This document shows, piece by piece, positions 61,241 through 64,000 of a DNA stretch of 64,000 bases. Numbering within the stretch: the first letter of the stretch is position 1; every line of letters starts with the position of its first letter. The notes beneath the pieces were generated by a model. It made no database searches. It had not been told where the DNA came from and saw only the letters and a list, made by a program, of their open reading frames with translations. Location of the stretch: NCBI RefSeq assembly GCF_006345805.1, contig NC_043002.1:23994001-24058000 (forward strand), in the 5' to 3' direction. The position numbers and the translations under genes were made by a program. Origin of the DNA: Octopus sinensis (taxonomy: Eukaryota).

Positions 61241-64000
61241 AAATTATGGTGTTCTTGTTGATAGTAAACTTGTGTAAGAGTTTGTATACTGTGGAAGAAA
61301 CAAGAAATTTTTCTTTATGAACTTGAAATACTGCCACTCGAGTTCAGTGTGACGGTGCAGTAGTCATAGCAGACCCTCCAAACTGGTAACGCAAACCTTT
61401 TTGTAGCCACATTCATTACTTAGAATATCAAACTGATATTATTCTTACATGAAATTCTGATAAAACGTTCTAATTTAAATATGGACAAGCAGTGCTAAAG
61501 CATGGCCTTTGCTATGATCGCTAAAACACTAAAAATCTTTATAATTAATTTTGTACCACAACTAGAAGCAATCTTGGGCAGGTAAATGCATTTACGTTCA
61601 ACTTGAATATGTATATCTAAAATGTTTCAGAATTCTAGTCAGATGTATTTCAGCACGAGGAATATTTTAGTATGAAGAGAATGTGGTTATGTTTAATTTG
61701 AACTACCTTGTGTGTGTGTATCCTTGTAAACTGTCTGTGATGTAGGTTGTATTCCCAGCAACAACTTTGTCATAGCAAGTTTTTGTGATACACAAGTAAT
61801 CTTTATACATTCAAATATATTTACTTTTTTGTATATAGTATTTTAAAATGGTATAAACATATTTTTTCTTGCATGACTGTGTTATTATTGTTATTAAGGT
61901 GGCGAGCTGGCAGAATTGTTCTTGCACTGGGCAAAATGTTTAGTAGCATTTTCTTCTGGCGCTTTACTTTCTGAGTTCAAATTCCACTGAATTAACTTTT
62001 TTATCCTTTCAAGGTTGATATAATAAGCACCAGTTGAAAACTAGGAGTGATGTAACTGACTAACCCCATCTAAAATTATCATTGTAATAGGCACAGGCGT
62101 TTATGTGTGGTTAAGAAGTTCACTTCAGAACCATATGGTTATGGATCCATTCCTACTGCATGATGCTTTTAGCTGGTATCCTGTACTACAGCTATTTGTC
62201 AACAAATCCCTTCAGTGAAATTGGTGCACAGGAACTGAAGTCTGTGTATATGTATATATATATGTATGTGTGTGTGTATGTATATATATATATATATATA
62301 TATGTTGGCATTAGGAAGGGCATCCAGCTGTAGAAACACTGCCAGATCAGACTGGACCTGGTGCAGCCTTCTGGCTTCCCAGACCCCAGTTGAACCGTCC
62401 AACCCATGCCAGCATGGAAAGCAGACGTTAAACGATGATAATGATGTATGTGTATATAAATAATATATACAAACACACGCACACAGTTGAGCACATAAGT
62501 GCAAAACGAGGTGGGAAAATAGTACTCAAATACTGAAGGTAGAGTAATATGCTTTTATTGAAGTTGCAAAATTATCAAGACTTACTCAGTTTCACGTTCC
62601 CATGTATTGGATAGTTATTATATATAAATAATCACTCGCGCATGTGTATGAGTAAGTATATTTTCCCTCATCTTTGTGTATTTGCTGACTGTAAATAAAA
62701 GGCCCGTTCAATGTTGTTTGTTTCCAGTTCTCTGTGTAACCATTCTCAGGCTGTTATTTGATAGACTGGAGTATTATTACCTCGCTTGAAGACAAGTGAA
62801 AGTTGATGTTTGGCCATAGACAGTTCTGACCCAATGTGGTCCTATCTGGCCTGTACAAGTATGGGAAAGTTAATGTTAAAATGATGATTGTAATGGGTAA
62901 GTACTGGCATTTATTTAACTGAACTCCTCAGAAATATTTGGTCTTGTACCTAAATTAGAAATTATCATCAGGGCAGTGAAGTGGTGCAATCGTTTGAGCA
63001 CCAAGTTTTAAAAAATGCCTTGTATTTTCTGGTAGGGACACAACTTCAGGGCTCCTTTTTTTGGCCTGACTTGGTCAGACACAAACAACACCATAAGGAT
63101 GGTGTGCTATGACATTAAATATTACAGGAGCCTGAAGGAGAATCTAAAAATAGGTCATAGTGAACTAGGTGTAGCAAATATACTCATATTATTCTTCATA
63201 GTGTTTGGGTATGCATTGGAAAAGCAGATTTAAAATTATACACATATCTAACATAAGAGCCAATGAGGAAGACTCTACTTGATCAGTCGACTTGCTAGGA
63301 ATAGTAGCCAGATTCCTACAAATAACCCCTTACTATCTTAATAAGGATGATTGAAGTTGGAATGCTTCTTGGTCATAGGTCTACTCAATCAAAACTGACC
63401 TGGAGCTAAACAGTAACATATATAATGTTCATTTTGCCATTTAAAAATGAAAACAATCTGCAGAGTTTATTGTATAAATTCCATATTTATTTAATATCCA
63501 GTGTTAATCTCTTCACCATCCATTCACTCTAGCCATACCAAATTAATTGGTAACATCTTACCATGTTAGTGTTTTGTAGCCACATGTAGATCATAGGTGT
63601 TTATTATGAGATGAAACTATCCCAGTGAAAGACTTGATAATATTGCTGCTGACACTGTTGGTAATCCTGATCATATTTAGTAGGATATGGTACATACATG
63701 ACATGTCCATCAATATTATTACTGCAAGCTGTACAAATGAGTCATTCTTGTGTGTATTGGAAGTGGGTTTTTGTACCTGAGATGGGGGTGGTATTCTTGG
63801 AATTTCAGCTAAATCTGTGTGGATTGGGAATTGATTGCTTTATAAGTGTAAAACCACAAGATGATCAGTGAGGCTTATTTAGCCATTGTAGATAGATGAA
63901 CTAATCTATCATATGAGAGGGAGAGATTGGAAGACATAAGAGAAAAGATAGAGGGAGAAATAAGAGAAAGAGGTATACTATATACAGTACTGCAAAATTT

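Noticed and set aside
62500-62625. Possible fourth hammerhead-like motif on the minus strand (..ACGUGAAACUGAGUAAG..)
   Set aside because: The CUGANGA core and stem I are too decayed to call from this copy alone.
1-64000. CRISPR arrays, rRNA genes or prokaryotic operons
   Set aside because: No regularly spaced repeat-spacer arrays or rRNA similarity were seen, and the window is clearly spliceosomal eukaryotic DNA.

Overview
AT-rich, intron-rich animal genomic DNA, most likely an octopus (inferred from the SINE families and microsatellite load). It holds two complete plus-strand genes: 14-3-3 epsilon (5 coding exons, 17109-32001, 256 aa) and LYPLAL1 (5 coding exons, 51475-61240, 235 aa). A possible small minus-strand gene lies at about 41800-47850. 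Much of the rest is decayed mobile DNA: three Tc1/mariner-type elements, a near full-length R4/Dong-type LINE, CR1- and RTE-like fragments, a Penelope-like GIY-YIG fossil missed by the ORF track, hAT MITEs, a Helitron and several tRNA-derived SINE families. The most unusual signal is a set of hammerhead ribozyme (HHR) motifs of three different sequence families. One belongs to a tRNA-headed SINE-like element whose HHR-bearing tail is repeated in inverted orientation, as in Penelope-like elements. It is present twice, and in one copy the Dong LINE has inserted into its internal (TAA)n tract. Repeat boundaries are approximate and read by eye; no database searches were run.
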